From sequence record NC_019929.1: DNA of 64,000 bases. The stretch is one strand, 5' to 3'. Shown here one piece after another: positions 1 to 9,812 of the stretch (its first letter is position 1; the number at the start of each line of letters is the position of its first letter). Below the pieces are notes generated by a model, which ran no database searches, was not told where the DNA came from, and saw only the letters and a program-made list of their open reading frames with translations. Both the position numbers and the translations under genes were made by a program.

Positions 1-1295
1 AGATTATTATCTCTCAGTTCCGTACCGACATCGTGCCGCTCGGTAAGTCTTTCTCGGATGTGAAGCTGAAAGATGAAGACACCAATAAAGCTGAGCCATG
101 GGAGAAGCAGGACAAATACAAAGAGCTGATTCGCTCTGCGGTGTATCTGCAAAAGACCATTGGCCACTACGCGTGTCTGATTCGTAATGTGCTGACCACC
201 AAGAACCTGCCAATCAACATTGCCAGGATGCCTGACGTGGTGCGTAGCGTAGGTGTGGTATCGGACACCGACTCCACGATGATGACTGCGCAGTGGTGGG
301 CACAGTGGTACACCGGACAACACTATGGTCGTGAGGCAACCCGTGTTTCCGATGCGATGATTTACCTGGCCACTCAACACTTGCGTCATTTGATGGCAAG
401 TATGTCAGTAAACATCGGTGTAGCAAAAGAGCGTCTGTTCCTGTACGCAATGAAGAACGAGTACAAGTTCGACTCCTTTGCCCTGACCACCAAAGCCAAG
501 CATTACTTCTCCATTATTACCGGACAGGAAGGCCAGCTGAAGAAAGACCCAGAGCTAGAAGTGAAGGGGGTTTCTCTGCGCACGTCGAACATTCCACCGG
601 TTATCATGAAAGAGTTCAAGCGTACCATCAAACAACTCTGTGAGATTGTTGCACGCGGCGACAAAATCGAAATCATTCCTCTGCTGGAGAAGGTCGCAGG
701 GATCGAGCACACCGTGGCGAATTCTATCCGCAGCGGTAACGCCGGTTACTTGAAAACCACCAACATCAAGGAACGTACCGCGTATAACGAGAACGACGAG
801 AAGAACTACCACTACCACCGTTTCTACAACGAAGTGTTCGGGCCGAAGTTTGGTCATATCGGTGAACCTCCGTACGACGGTGTGAAGTTGCCGGTTAGCT
901 TGCAGACTAAAACTGCGGTTAAGGAGTGGTTAGAGTCCATTAAAGATCCGATGATTAAAGCCTCTGCAACCCAGTGGTTTGAATCCACCAACTTCCGTAC
1001 TTACCGTACGCTGATTCTGCCAGAACACCTGGTAGAGAACTACGGGATTCCACAGGAGCTGATTGACATCGCGGATATTCGCCGTACTGCGTTTGCCACG
1101 GTTGAACCGTACTACCACATCCTGGAATGTCTGGGTGTGTTTATGATGGACAAGAACCGCACTCGACTGCTGTCAGATTACTACGGCGAATCGCTGGATG
1201 CGGAACTGGCCGAAGCCTTAGCCGAGGTCACGTATGTTCGTAACGATGAGCGTGAAGACGAGGATGAAGATGAAGAAGAAGGCGGTGAGGAATAA
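1..1295 (+). CDS. Split family-B DNA polymerase, C-terminal (palm/thumb) subunit, 5'-truncated (phiKZ gp50-like)
   Basis: Frame is open from the window edge (IIISQFRTDIVPLGK...). Contains SDTDST (motif C-like), AKHYF and LEVKGV polB-type motifs and an acidic C-terminal tail. Lies upstream of chimallin as in phiKZ-like phages. Confidence 0.8.
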   Translation, partial: IIISQFRTDIVPLGKSFSDVKLKDEDTNKAEPWEKQDKYKELIRSAVYLQKTIGHYACLIRNVLTTKNLPINIARMPDVVRSVGVVSDTDSTMMTAQWWAQWYTGQHYGREATRVSDAMIYLATQHLRHLMASMSVNIGVAKERLFLYAMKNEYKFDSFALTTKAKHYFSIITGQEGQLKKDPELEVKGVSLRTSNIPPVIMKEFKRTIKQLCEIVARGDKIEIIPLLEKVAGIEHTVANSIRSGNAGYLKTTNIKERTAYNENDEKNYHYHRFYNEVFGPKFGHIGEPPYDGVKLPVSLQTKTAVKEWLESIKDPMIKASATQWFESTNFRTYRTLILPEHLVENYGIPQELIDIADIRRTAFATVEPYYHILECLGVFMMDKNRTRLLSDYYGESLDAELAEALAEVTYVRNDEREDEDEDEEEGGEE

Positions 1296-1423
1296 TTTCT
1301 CGCACTTGTACCTAAGCCGTATGCCGCACCTGACCCGCAGAGTTGTTCTGTCACCGCCAGGTGGGTTGCAGCCGTCAATGGATACCGCGGGCTCACCGCG
1401 GTTCTACCACCGGGAGGAGAAAG

Positions 1424-1615
1424 ATGGCTTATCGTAATCCCTCCATCGCCAGCGCAGCCATCAGCGAAATCCGCAAAGAACTGGAAGAACGCGGCTGCAC
1501 CGATATCGTTCTGCATCGCGGTGGTGAGTTTGTACACATCACCGCCAAGCACCCGAAAAAGAATCGGGAGATAAATGTTTACGCCCAGCCGTACCTGGCA
1601 CAGGAGAATAAATGA
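1424..1615 (+). CDS. Small hypothetical protein (63 aa)
   Basis: ATG at 1424 preceded by GGAGGAG; stop overlaps the next start. The track start at 1343 is probably too early. Confidence 0.65.
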   Translation: MAYRNPSIASAAISEIRKELEERGCTDIVLHRGGEFVHITAKHPKKNREINVYAQPYLAQENK

Positions 1616-2073
1616 AAGAGGAAGAGAGTCGGTTCACGCCGATCCCGGATTACCGGGTACCGCTGGGCCTGGTTATTGAACAGCGTGACGGTAAGGGTAC
1701 CGCAGTTACTGTTACTTACCACCCTAACTCGCGCATCGGTCGTCAACTGTTAAAAGAAATGGAGTACCGCTATGTGGCGGTACTTGACCGTGATGAAACC
1801 GGCGTCCCGGAATACAGTGACTGCTACTTCATGAAAGAGCAGGCAATTGTTGAGATGTTGAATGCGCTGCCGTGGCTGCGTAATCAGTATCAGGTCATTG
1901 ATGGTTGGGTTGGGCCAGAGGTGCACGGGCCGAATGCGATTGTCGATATGGACTTTATGGTTATCGACAAGCTCGAGCGTACGCATCTGCATCGCTACAC
2001 CGATGAGAACGTTTCGAAGATTTGTAACGATCTCGGGGTGCAGTTCTACCAGAGCAAAAAAAGAAAGGAATAA
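1612..2073 (+). CDS. Hypothetical protein (153 aa)
   Basis: RBS CAGGAG, ATG overlapping the upstream stop, followed by a terminator hairpin. Confidence 0.75.
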   Translation: MKEEESRFTPIPDYRVPLGLVIEQRDGKGTAVTVTYHPNSRIGRQLLKEMEYRYVAVLDRDETGVPEYSDCYFMKEQAIVEMLNALPWLRNQYQVIDGWVGPEVHGPNAIVDMDFMVIDKLERTHLHRYTDENVSKICNDLGVQFYQSKKRKE

Positions 2074-2100
2074 CTCTACACCGAAGTGTAGAGTTATTTA
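2071..2100. terminator. Hairpin between convergent genes
   Basis: Perfect 11-bp stem TAACTCTACAC-CGAA-GTGTAGAGTTA. Confidence 0.65.
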
Positions 2101-2149
2101 CCTATTATATGGGAGATTCGAAAGAATCTTTGGCAGGAGAGAGTAAGTC

Positions 2150-3211
2150 TCAATTTTCGAGAGCTGCGTACAACGGTTTTATCAGGTTCAGTTGCAGATA
2201 CGTTTGCACTGACTTGGTTTGACGTTGTAACACTTTCGAATCCTCAAAGCGGGCGATGTCGATGTTCAAGTTCGATTTGAATTTGTCCATCGAAGGGTTG
2301 TCGTATTGCAGTACATACAACGCCCAGTACCAGTTAATGATGTTCTGGTGCCAACTGGCTTGTGTCGTCGAACCGGAATACCGGTGCTGCACACGGTCTA
2401 CCGCTGTAGAGGGGTCGAGAGGGTTCTCAAAGAATTGGGGGACGTGGGCTAATACCGTACCGGGGTGCGGTGTGCCTGCGAGAAGACTTTTGTGTATGTT
2501 CCGCGCGTGCCTAACCGTGAGGTCGTGCAATGGCGGAACGTTAACAACGCGCATCGGCAGGTCATCTTCCATCTCTTTATTAAACGCTACTGCCCGATGG
2601 ACATTCAGAAATGCGATGTCCATGTAGCTTGGCAACATGCGAGTAATCACATGACGCTGAGCATAAACCACGCTGGTCATCTGTTCCGTTGACTTTCGGT
2701 AATGCTGTTCCGCAAGAACGTATTGCCAAAGCAAGGCGACCAGGTTAATTTCAATGATTGCTACGCCCCGAGGTCGGTTATCGCCGAATTGCCAATTCAA
2801 ATTGGTATACTCGTGGTAGAGATAGACTGCGGGGGTGTAATCGCGAAATGGCAGATCCGGATCAACCGGACGAGCGACGAGAGAGATTATCTCATCTTGT
2901 CCCTCTATAAAGGCACCGTTATACACTTGCCCAAAGTTGCCGGGCGAAATGAGACGTAGTGCATTCCCTATATCGGACAGTTTGCGACGGCAGGCCCATT
3001 CGATATCAAGGTATTCAGGTTCAGCTGCATAGCCGATACTGGATAGGATTTTCAAGATGAGGTGACCGGATCCCACACGCGTCTGCACCGATTCGAGGAA
3101 GTTACGAATGCGCTGTTGATTATTTTTTACGGCAGCAACCAATTGTATAGCGGAAGGGTCCGCGACGTGACCCTTTATGGCCACTTGGTTTAACTCGGCT
3201 TGACTGAACAT
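2150..3211 (-). CDS. Conserved virion structural protein divergent from chimallin (phiKZ gp52-like)
   Basis: ATG at 3211 (MFSQAEL) with AAGGAG 6 nt upstream; minus-strand TATG at 3232-3235. Function assigned from synteny only. Confidence 0.55.
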   Translation of the reverse strand: MFSQAELNQVAIKGHVADPSAIQLVAAVKNNQQRIRNFLESVQTRVGSGHLILKILSSIGYAAEPEYLDIEWACRRKLSDIGNALRLISPGNFGQVYNGAFIEGQDEIISLVARPVDPDLPFRDYTPAVYLYHEYTNLNWQFGDNRPRGVAIIEINLVALLWQYVLAEQHYRKSTEQMTSVVYAQRHVITRMLPSYMDIAFLNVHRAVAFNKEMEDDLPMRVVNVPPLHDLTVRHARNIHKSLLAGTPHPGTVLAHVPQFFENPLDPSTAVDRVQHRYSGSTTQASWHQNIINWYWALYVLQYDNPSMDKFKSNLNIDIARFEDSKVLQRQTKSVQTYLQLNLIKPLYAALEN

Positions 3212-3262
3212 GACGGGCTCCTTTGGTTCCACATAGGAATTGGTCACAGTCAAAAAAATTAC

Positions 3263-3276
3263 AGATTGATATTATC
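3263..3276 (+). promoter_or_regulatory. Phage promoter motif AGATTGATATTATC upstream of chimallin
   Basis: Variant of the AGATA(G/T)ATATTA(T/C)C motif repeated in this window; a second variant AGATATTATTAC lies at 3358-3369. Confidence 0.55.
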
Positions 3277-3417
3277 ATAGTGAGAGTTCTGGTCTTCTGT
3301 CTGGTATATGTTATTGCAATAAGCGACGGCTTACCTGTATTCCATATATTCTCAGGCAGATATTATTACTGTGAACTTCACTACGATTGATATAAAACCA
3401 CTTAAGGAATATTTACC

Positions 3418-5274
3418 ATGGTAAAAGTAGTAGACACCAACGCAAACAACGCTTCTCAGAATGCTAACCTGAACACTGAAACTCAGGCACCTCTGGGCGG
3501 TAATGCATCTCAGCCTTCTGCTGCGGCAGCGGCTGCAAGCTCTCTCGGTAACGTGGGTCTGTTCGACCGTGCGTTCGGCTGGCAGAGCACCAACTCTTAC
3601 GCTTCCGCTTACGTTGCTCAACTCGAGGAACTGGCGAAAGAAAACTCCTACCTGCGTGGCTTCAAATGGGGCATCGTTGACGGCGTCGGCGCGGACATGG
3701 GTTCTGCGGCTTACATCGCTGGCGATTACAACGGTCACTGGCTGTACGGTATTCTGTTCTTCGAACGCGGTCAGTCTCTGCGTCTGAAAGAAACTACCGG
3801 TGGTGCTGAGTCTTACTACACCATCACTGAGCTGCTGGATACTGAGTTCCTGAAAACTGTATCCAAAACTATCCAGGCTACGCATCAGCTGCCTAACGCA
3901 CACTTCATGGCGGTGAACTCCGTACCTGACCTCGGCAAGCAGCTGAGCAAAGAGTGGGCGCAGCAGTTGACTGGTCAGCTGGCGCTGGGTATCTTCGGTC
4001 GTATCCAGGGCTTCCTGGGCCAGATGCAGCTGAGCAAATCCGATCGCTTCACCGCGCAGGTCTTCCAGCTGGACGATGGTTCTGTACTGGACGGCAACGG
4101 CCACGCACAACGTGCTGACTTCGGTGTGACCCTGGAACACGTTCCGGCAACCAGCGATAACAGCACCCCGACTCTGATGGACAACAGTCAGGCGCAGATG
4201 TATCCGCGTGTTCACGGTGTTGGCTATGTCAACATGCGTTTCACCGGCCAGAAACCTGCGGTTAACGGCGTGCCAGATCTCAAGCAGCTTCAGGCGGAAA
4301 TCGTCGTGTCGCTGATGGACTCTCAGGCCGAAGGTTCTCGCGTTCCGATGGAACGTCAGATTCTGGAACTGGCAGCGTTCGCAGAAATCGCCTCTATCGG
4401 CGGCTGGCGCGACCTGTTCATGAAAGGTCTGAACGGTACCGATCGTAAATGGTCTCGTGTGGTTGAATACCTGAACTGGGGTACCGACCAGCGTCCGGAC
4501 ATCTCCAAAATCGACAAGAGCCGCGAAGCGATTGAAGGTTGCCTGGATATGTTTGCACCGCGTGAAGCAGCGCTGGTTGTCAGCCATCGTGCCGGTAACG
4601 GTATCGGCGGTCTGTCTACCATCCTGTCTGAAATTGCCGGTAATTCCGATATCGCACTGAAACAGCTCCTCACCATTCTGAACGGCATGACCCCGCGTGC
4701 CAAGAAGTCTAACGACGAGCTGATCGGTACCACCGGTACTAAGAACTTCACTCAGCGCTTTGCCGCCGCACTTGGCAAAGATACCATCACCTGTGCTGAC
4801 GTCGTGAAAGCTGCCGTACCTACCGTATCCGGTGTGTACACTGGTAACACCCAGAAACGTAGCTTCCAGGACATGGACCTGGTGTCTGTGCTGACTAAGT
4901 TCGGCGACAACCAAACTGATGTGTACACTTACCTGCACGCTCAGTCCTACTCCCACCGTGAACTGAACGCCCGTGCTCAGCGTATCTACATGCTGAAACT
5001 GGCTGCGGTTCTGTTCGGTGCTAAAGATGCGCGCATCACCGGCGAATCTCTGGACATGGCTGTGAACCCGGTATTCGCGAAATGCGTACTGGACTTCGTG
5101 CGTGAGAACTGCAACTGGCAGCTGACTGGCGTATCTGCGCACAACAGCATCGCTAACTCCCTGTTCTTCAACAACGGCGGTGAGAACTTCACCCTGTCTG
5201 GAACTGGTAGCAGCGCGCAGGGTTCTGACTTCTCTCTGGGTGTATCAATCGGTAGCCTTGACCTGGGCCTGTAA
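3418..5274 (+). CDS. chmA: Chimallin, major phage nuclear shell protein
   Basis: 618 aa with strong codon bias. Segments DGNGHAQRADFGVT, QKRSFQDMDLVSVL and ITGESLDMAVNPVFAKCVLDF match the pattern I recall for 201phi2-1 chimallin. Lies immediately upstream of nvRNAP beta'. Confidence 0.85.
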   Translation: MVKVVDTNANNASQNANLNTETQAPLGGNASQPSAAAAAASSLGNVGLFDRAFGWQSTNSYASAYVAQLEELAKENSYLRGFKWGIVDGVGADMGSAAYIAGDYNGHWLYGILFFERGQSLRLKETTGGAESYYTITELLDTEFLKTVSKTIQATHQLPNAHFMAVNSVPDLGKQLSKEWAQQLTGQLALGIFGRIQGFLGQMQLSKSDRFTAQVFQLDDGSVLDGNGHAQRADFGVTLEHVPATSDNSTPTLMDNSQAQMYPRVHGVGYVNMRFTGQKPAVNGVPDLKQLQAEIVVSLMDSQAEGSRVPMERQILELAAFAEIASIGGWRDLFMKGLNGTDRKWSRVVEYLNWGTDQRPDISKIDKSREAIEGCLDMFAPREAALVVSHRAGNGIGGLSTILSEIAGNSDIALKQLLTILNGMTPRAKKSNDELIGTTGTKNFTQRFAAALGKDTITCADVVKAAVPTVSGVYTGNTQKRSFQDMDLVSVLTKFGDNQTDVYTYLHAQSYSHRELNARAQRIYMLKLAAVLFGAKDARITGESLDMAVNPVFAKCVLDFVRENCNWQLTGVSAHNSIANSLFFNNGGENFTLSGTGSSAQGSDFSLGVSIGSLDLGL

Positions 5275-5306
5275 GTCCCGGTTAAGTTGGTTGTAGTAAG
5301 TTAGGT

Positions 5307-5347
5307 AGGGACAGGGGCTAACGCCTCTGTCCCTTCTCTCTTTTTTT
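5307..5347 (+). terminator. Intrinsic terminator after chmA
   Basis: AGGGACAGGGGC-TAAC-GCCTCTGTCCCT followed by a T-run. Confidence 0.8.
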
Positions 5348-5361
5348 GTTGAGGTTGCAGA

Positions 5362-6963
5362 GTGGAAAAGGCACCGAAGTATTACGGCGTATCAGGCCGA
5401 TTGATTAACCATGACGGGTATTTGCGTGACCTCTATATCGAGGCAGCTGCAAAAGGCATTAAACCGCCAACCGTTATCAACGACGTTGCCAAGAACGGAG
5501 ATGCAATTGAAACAGCCGAGCTTATCGATCAGATAATTCAGAACCGAATCGTCGACGAAGAACTGAACTCGGCACCCATCTGTAGTCTGACCTGCGAGAA
5601 ACCGATTGCACACCGACCGAATCTGGGTCGTAAGTGTCCAACCTGTGGTTACGTGGTAACAGAGCACCGTATCGAATCTGAAGTCTGGGTTCGTGCACCG
5701 GATGAGATGGGTAATTTTATCAACCCGCGTTTCTGGGGTTTATTTAATGCCTTCTTTGGCAGCAAGTTCAAGAAGTTTGACCGCAACAAAGTGACCGTTG
5801 AGCGTGGTTCGGATTTGATGATGTGGATTATCGATCCCTATTATCGTCCGGATGAAGCCGATGGTAAACGTGCGCACGTAGTGAAACGTATCTTAGAGGA
5901 ACACCGCTTTGAACGTGGACTGCGGAACTTCATCGACCACCACAAAACAATCTTCGCCATCCTGACCAGCAGCGATGCCTGGCGGGAAATCTATCCACCC
6001 ACGCGTCACAATGCAGCAGCCTCTGAGTTGTTACGTTCTCAATGGCAGCACTTCTTTGAGACACAGGCGCACGCGTTCTTCCCAACGCACCTTCCGCTGT
6101 TATCACCAAAGCTGATTGTGACGGAAGAAGGACGTCGCGGTGTGATGATAGATCCGGTCTTTACCGGGGCAATTGATGCGGTGAAAAATATCGCATTGTT
6201 GTATACTCGCAGTAAACCGATTGAGTCCCGCTTCCTAATCAGTCGCGCAATCAAGGCCAATCGGCAGTTGGCGTACTTCTATATCGATTACCGTCGTGAA
6301 ACGATGGAAGGTAAGCCTGGACACTATCGCGCGAAAATAGGGTCAACCTATATTCCGTTTGGTGGCCGTGCAACCATTTCACCGATCTCGGAACCGCACG
6401 ATGCCTGGAAGCTAAAAGCTCCGTGGCGTTGGGCAGTGGGTCTGATGTCTGTGGATATCGAGAACAAGTTGCTACGCCGGGGGTACAGTCCTCGCCAGTG
6501 CGAACGCATCGTCGCGAAAGCGTGTATGCAGTATATGCCACTGGTGCACGAAATCTTCAAAGAGCTGATAGCGGAAACGCCTGGTGGTTTGGGGATTATG
6601 GTAGAGCCACTGCGTAACCCAACGTTGGTACAGTTGTCCGTACAGACGTTGTACATCGATGAGATTGTCACCGATGTGAACCAGTGTTCTCTGCGCATCT
6701 CTGACCGTGTGATTAAGATGGCGAACGGTGACTTCGATGGCGACCAATTCCAGGTACGTCGTCCAGTTGACCAGCGTGAAATGGAGCTGGCCTTGGCATA
6801 CCGTCCGGATAACGGCTTTATGTCCAGCACCGATGTAGACCGTGTCGAACATGGCATGATTTTACATAACGAGCTTATCAGTATGCAGAACCAGTTCCTC
6901 ATTGAGGCAGATGAGGATGCAGAGATGGGACTGTCGATAGAAGAGATACTTGCACAGGAGTAA
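5362..6963 (+). CDS. Non-virion RNA polymerase beta' subunit, N-terminal part (phiKZ gp55-like)
   Basis: Catalytic NGDFDGD, Zn-binding CSLTC...CPTC, RNPTL and GRATISP motifs; GTG start with GAGG RBS. Confidence 0.9.
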   Translation: MEKAPKYYGVSGRLINHDGYLRDLYIEAAAKGIKPPTVINDVAKNGDAIETAELIDQIIQNRIVDEELNSAPICSLTCEKPIAHRPNLGRKCPTCGYVVTEHRIESEVWVRAPDEMGNFINPRFWGLFNAFFGSKFKKFDRNKVTVERGSDLMMWIIDPYYRPDEADGKRAHVVKRILEEHRFERGLRNFIDHHKTIFAILTSSDAWREIYPPTRHNAAASELLRSQWQHFFETQAHAFFPTHLPLLSPKLIVTEEGRRGVMIDPVFTGAIDAVKNIALLYTRSKPIESRFLISRAIKANRQLAYFYIDYRRETMEGKPGHYRAKIGSTYIPFGGRATISPISEPHDAWKLKAPWRWAVGLMSVDIENKLLRRGYSPRQCERIVAKACMQYMPLVHEIFKELIAETPGGLGIMVEPLRNPTLVQLSVQTLYIDEIVTDVNQCSLRISDRVIKMANGDFDGDQFQVRRPVDQREMELALAYRPDNGFMSSTDVDRVEHGMILHNELISMQNQFLIEADEDAEMGLSIEEILAQE

Positions 6964-6966
6964 TGA

Positions 6967-7557
6967 ATGGCAGGCATGTGGTTGCAAGGTAGTACCGTCT
7001 GGGGCAGACAGTCGGAAGGTTCCGGAATGTTTGATACATTCAAAGAGAATTTCTCTCTTGATGGAATCGCGGCGGATATGCTCGACAGCGTGAAGAAACA
7101 CACCACGGAGTTAATCTCCCTGGAGCGCTGGCGCGAGACGTTTACTGCTGCCCGTAAGTTGCGTTATAACGACGTGACAGACGTGGTACGTCAGCTTGAT
7201 GAGCTGGGCGACTTCCAGTTCGCTAATGAAGCGTTGCAGCCTTTCCTCGTCGCTATGCCTGAGTATCGTAAGCTGTATAACGAGAAGATGGCCACTGGTT
7301 ATGAGAACGGGTATTCACAAATCGATGCGTTCCGCGGTAATGCATACATGCACACCGACGACAACTATCGTGAAGTGACCTCCGGTATGAGTACAGGATA
7401 CGATGACGAGAAGATTTGGATTTGGGCGTCCAATGAAAATCGTGCAAACCGTCTGTCCAGTATTCAGAAGGTGGAAATGCAAATCAACTGGACACGTATG
7501 CGTGACTTCGACTGGGAAGATGGTGATCCCTGTTCGGAACTCGGCGCTACGTGCTAA
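6967..7557 (+). CDS. Conserved hypothetical protein (possibly phiKZ gp59-like)
   Basis: 196 aa ORF coupled to the nvRNAP gene; identity from synteny only. Confidence 0.6.
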   Translation: MAGMWLQGSTVWGRQSEGSGMFDTFKENFSLDGIAADMLDSVKKHTTELISLERWRETFTAARKLRYNDVTDVVRQLDELGDFQFANEALQPFLVAMPEYRKLYNEKMATGYENGYSQIDAFRGNAYMHTDDNYREVTSGMSTGYDDEKIWIWASNENRANRLSSIQKVEMQINWTRMRDFDWEDGDPCSELGATC

Positions 7558-7559
7558 GA

Positions 7560-7588
7560 AAGAAGGGGCTTCGGCCTCTTCTTTTTTT
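7560..7588 (+). terminator. Intrinsic terminator
   Basis: AAGAAGGGGC-TTCG-GCCTCTTCTT followed by a T-run. Confidence 0.8.
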
Positions 7589-7604
7589 CTAAGAGGAAAA
7601 GAAG

Positions 7605-7991
7605 ATGCCGATAGCAGTAGGAACTCTGTCAACCCGTGGGTGGGCGAGAACCGCGAAAGAGCAGATTCGTGAACTGATGAATCATTACACTGAGGCAGGC
7701 TTTAGCCAGTCGCAGATTTATCAGGGTAACGTAAAATCGCTGGCGAAAGCCATGCAGGTCTTCTCGCAAGATCCCGATGGGTTGGCGAACCGTGTCAAAT
7801 CCGATCTCGAAAGCTTGTACGGGAATGTGTTCCCCGAAGGCGTTGAGGTCACCACGTCCTGGGAGTATGCTCAGGATTCCGACGTTCGTTACCGCATTAA
7901 CATTTCACTGCGGGTAATGAAGAACGGTGAGTGGATTGATACGGAGCGTTATGTGGAAACAGAATCAAGCACGGTTGAGGATGAGTCATGA
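7605..7991 (+). CDS. Small virion protein, possible T4 gp25-like baseplate wedge subunit
   Basis: 128 aa; the pattern ANRVKSDLESLY...VEVTT...YRINISLRV and the size fit the gp25-like fold (inference). Confidence 0.45.
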   Translation: MPIAVGTLSTRGWARTAKEQIRELMNHYTEAGFSQSQIYQGNVKSLAKAMQVFSQDPDGLANRVKSDLESLYGNVFPEGVEVTTSWEYAQDSDVRYRINISLRVMKNGEWIDTERYVETESSTVEDES

Positions 7992-8680
7992 GTCAGCAAA
8001 TTTTTAATGGTGTCCCGGTAGACGAACTCCACGGTAAGATGAAGTTTGAGTTCGATAAACTGTGCGACTTCGAAAAAGAATTGCTCGGTGGGCAATATGT
8101 GTGCAGTACCTTTACCGAAGCGATGTTTCGCCGACAGGGTCTGCCACTGCTGAGCGGGATGTTGGACAACACGTTTAACGAAGTGGCTTGGGAGAACTAC
8201 GTCGGGAACGCCTTTGTGCCCCTCCAGATTGTATCCGATCTCGACCACTCGCAGCTGCTGTTTACCATTCCCCCGCTGATGAACACTGGTCGCTCGTTGC
8301 AACACATCGAGGGACAGGTGAGCCTGACCGAAGAGACAGAGAACATCCGTTTACAGGCGGATATCATCTCCGAAGTTGGTGAGCAGCAAATGCACCAGAT
8401 GATTGACTCGACGCTCTCGGGCATTGAGCAACTGTCATATCTGGAAAATGCGGTTGCCGCGAAATACAAAATCGACTTACTTAACTGGATATTCCGTCGC
8501 TACCAGCTTAATGGGCAATTGGAATACCCGGATGGTTTGTTAGATGTTGTGGCATTTGCCGAAGGGAAGGGGGTTGCAGCGCCGAGCACCAAGGCTGCTG
8601 TTGCCGCACAACCTACGGCACAACCCGAAGTCAAACAAGTTAAGTCGGGCGGTATCGGCGATGGTGATGACGATTACTAA
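7988..8680 (+). CDS. Conserved hypothetical protein (230 aa)
   Basis: ATGA overlap with the upstream gene; normal codon usage. Confidence 0.7.
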   Translation: MSQQIFNGVPVDELHGKMKFEFDKLCDFEKELLGGQYVCSTFTEAMFRRQGLPLLSGMLDNTFNEVAWENYVGNAFVPLQIVSDLDHSQLLFTIPPLMNTGRSLQHIEGQVSLTEETENIRLQADIISEVGEQQMHQMIDSTLSGIEQLSYLENAVAAKYKIDLLNWIFRRYQLNGQLEYPDGLLDVVAFAEGKGVAAPSTKAAVAAQPTAQPEVKQVKSGGIGDGDDDY

Positions 8681-9812
8681 TCCACCTCACAAACCTGTGG
8701 GTGTGAAAAGAATCTTCAGTACCGGGGATGTGCACCTGCTGCATAAGCGGGTGCCAACCTGGCACATTGTCATGGTGTTTAAAGAAGCACTGTTGGCATG
8801 TGGAAATACGATTGATGCCCTTTATATAGCCGGGGACTTATTTGATGATTCCCGGCAGTTGCGCCAAGAGGATTCTCACGAAGCCGTGGGATTTCTGACC
8901 TGGTTGCTCAACTGGGCAAAAGAGACAAATACGGCTATCCGTATTGTTGAAGGTACACCGTCCCACGATCACAATCAATCGAAGATCGTCGAGTCACTCA
9001 ATGCAACCATTGGTGCCGATTGTCTGTATCTCGAGAAGATTGGTGTCTTTTACGATGGTGCACTGGAGGCACATGTCGGTTGGGTGCAGGATGAGTACAA
9101 GGCCATTGGCGCACCTGAAATTAATGCCAAATCCACCGAGGCGGAAATGGCAGAGTTGATGGCAACGCGCGGTTTGGAGAAAGTTGATTTCTTCTTCATG
9201 CACGGCTGTTTCCAGTTCCAACTCCCGATAGAGTCCCCCCGTTCGTTTAACGAGGAGTTTTGGGAATCGAGAGTCAATCATTTGATTATCATTCACCACG
9301 ACCACAGAAACAAACGTAAGGGTAAGATTCGTGTCACCGGCAGCCCTGAGAGGCTGGCACAAGGTGAAGAGGAAGACAAGGGTTTCGCCATTGTCGATTT
9401 CACCCCAGAGATTGCACGAGATTATTTCTTGGTCAATCCCCGCGCATGTCCGCAGCGCAAAGTACGGGCACAGGAAGACTATGAAGCGCAATACGCCGAA
9501 TGTCTCTCTGCTTTATCGTATATCGATTCCCATCCGTCCGCTAGTATCGGTCGGTTCGAAGTCGAGTATTACCCCGGCTCTCCACTGGCCGAGCATGTGA
9601 ATCAGTGGAAAAAAGAATATTCGTTCCACGTATCTGGGGAGCGAGTACGAACCTCCGAAGAGGAGGAGTTGTTGGTACAAGGCTTCTCTATCGATGCACC
9701 TGTCGATGAGATTATTACGCAAGACAACGTCGAGCGTATCATGTTGGAAGAGTTGGCACCGTTTAAATACGATGCTGCTATTGTCACCAGCATTATCAGG
9801 AGCGTTGCATGA
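8661..9812 (+). CDS. sbcD: SbcD/Mre11-like metallophosphoesterase nuclease
   Basis: Motifs GDVH, IAGDLFD, GTPSHD, MHG and HHDH. The start is uncertain (8661, 8667 or GTG 8703). Confidence 0.85.
   Translation: MVMTITNPPHKPVGVKRIFSTGDVHLLHKRVPTWHIVMVFKEALLACGNTIDALYIAGDLFDDSRQLRQEDSHEAVGFLTWLLNWAKETNTAIRIVEGTPSHDHNQSKIVESLNATIGADCLYLEKIGVFYDGALEAHVGWVQDEYKAIGAPEINAKSTEAEMAELMATRGLEKVDFFFMHGCFQFQLPIESPRSFNEEFWESRVNHLIIIHHDHRNKRKGKIRVTGSPERLAQGEEEDKGFAIVDFTPEIARDYFLVNPRACPQRKVRAQEDYEAQYAECLSALSYIDSHPSASIGRFEVEYYPGSPLAEHVNQWKKEYSFHVSGERVRTSEEEELLVQGFSIDAPVDEIITQDNVERIMLEELAPFKYDAAIVTSIIRSVA

Noticed and set aside
1355-1412. tRNA-like cloverleaf
   Set aside because: Too short and lacks T-loop (TTCGA), D-loop and CCA features; kept only as a generic structured RNA.
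2055-2073. A7 run near the end of the 153-aa ORF as a frameshift site
   Set aside because: No suitable heptamer in frame and no downstream ORF before the terminator.
3352-5142. 596-aa antisense ORF over chmA
   Set aside because: Shadow frame caused by strong codon bias of a highly expressed gene; no RBS, implausible composition.
5272-5306. Three TAAGT units after chmA
   Set aside because: Short and irregularly spaced; likely chance in an AT-rich spacer.
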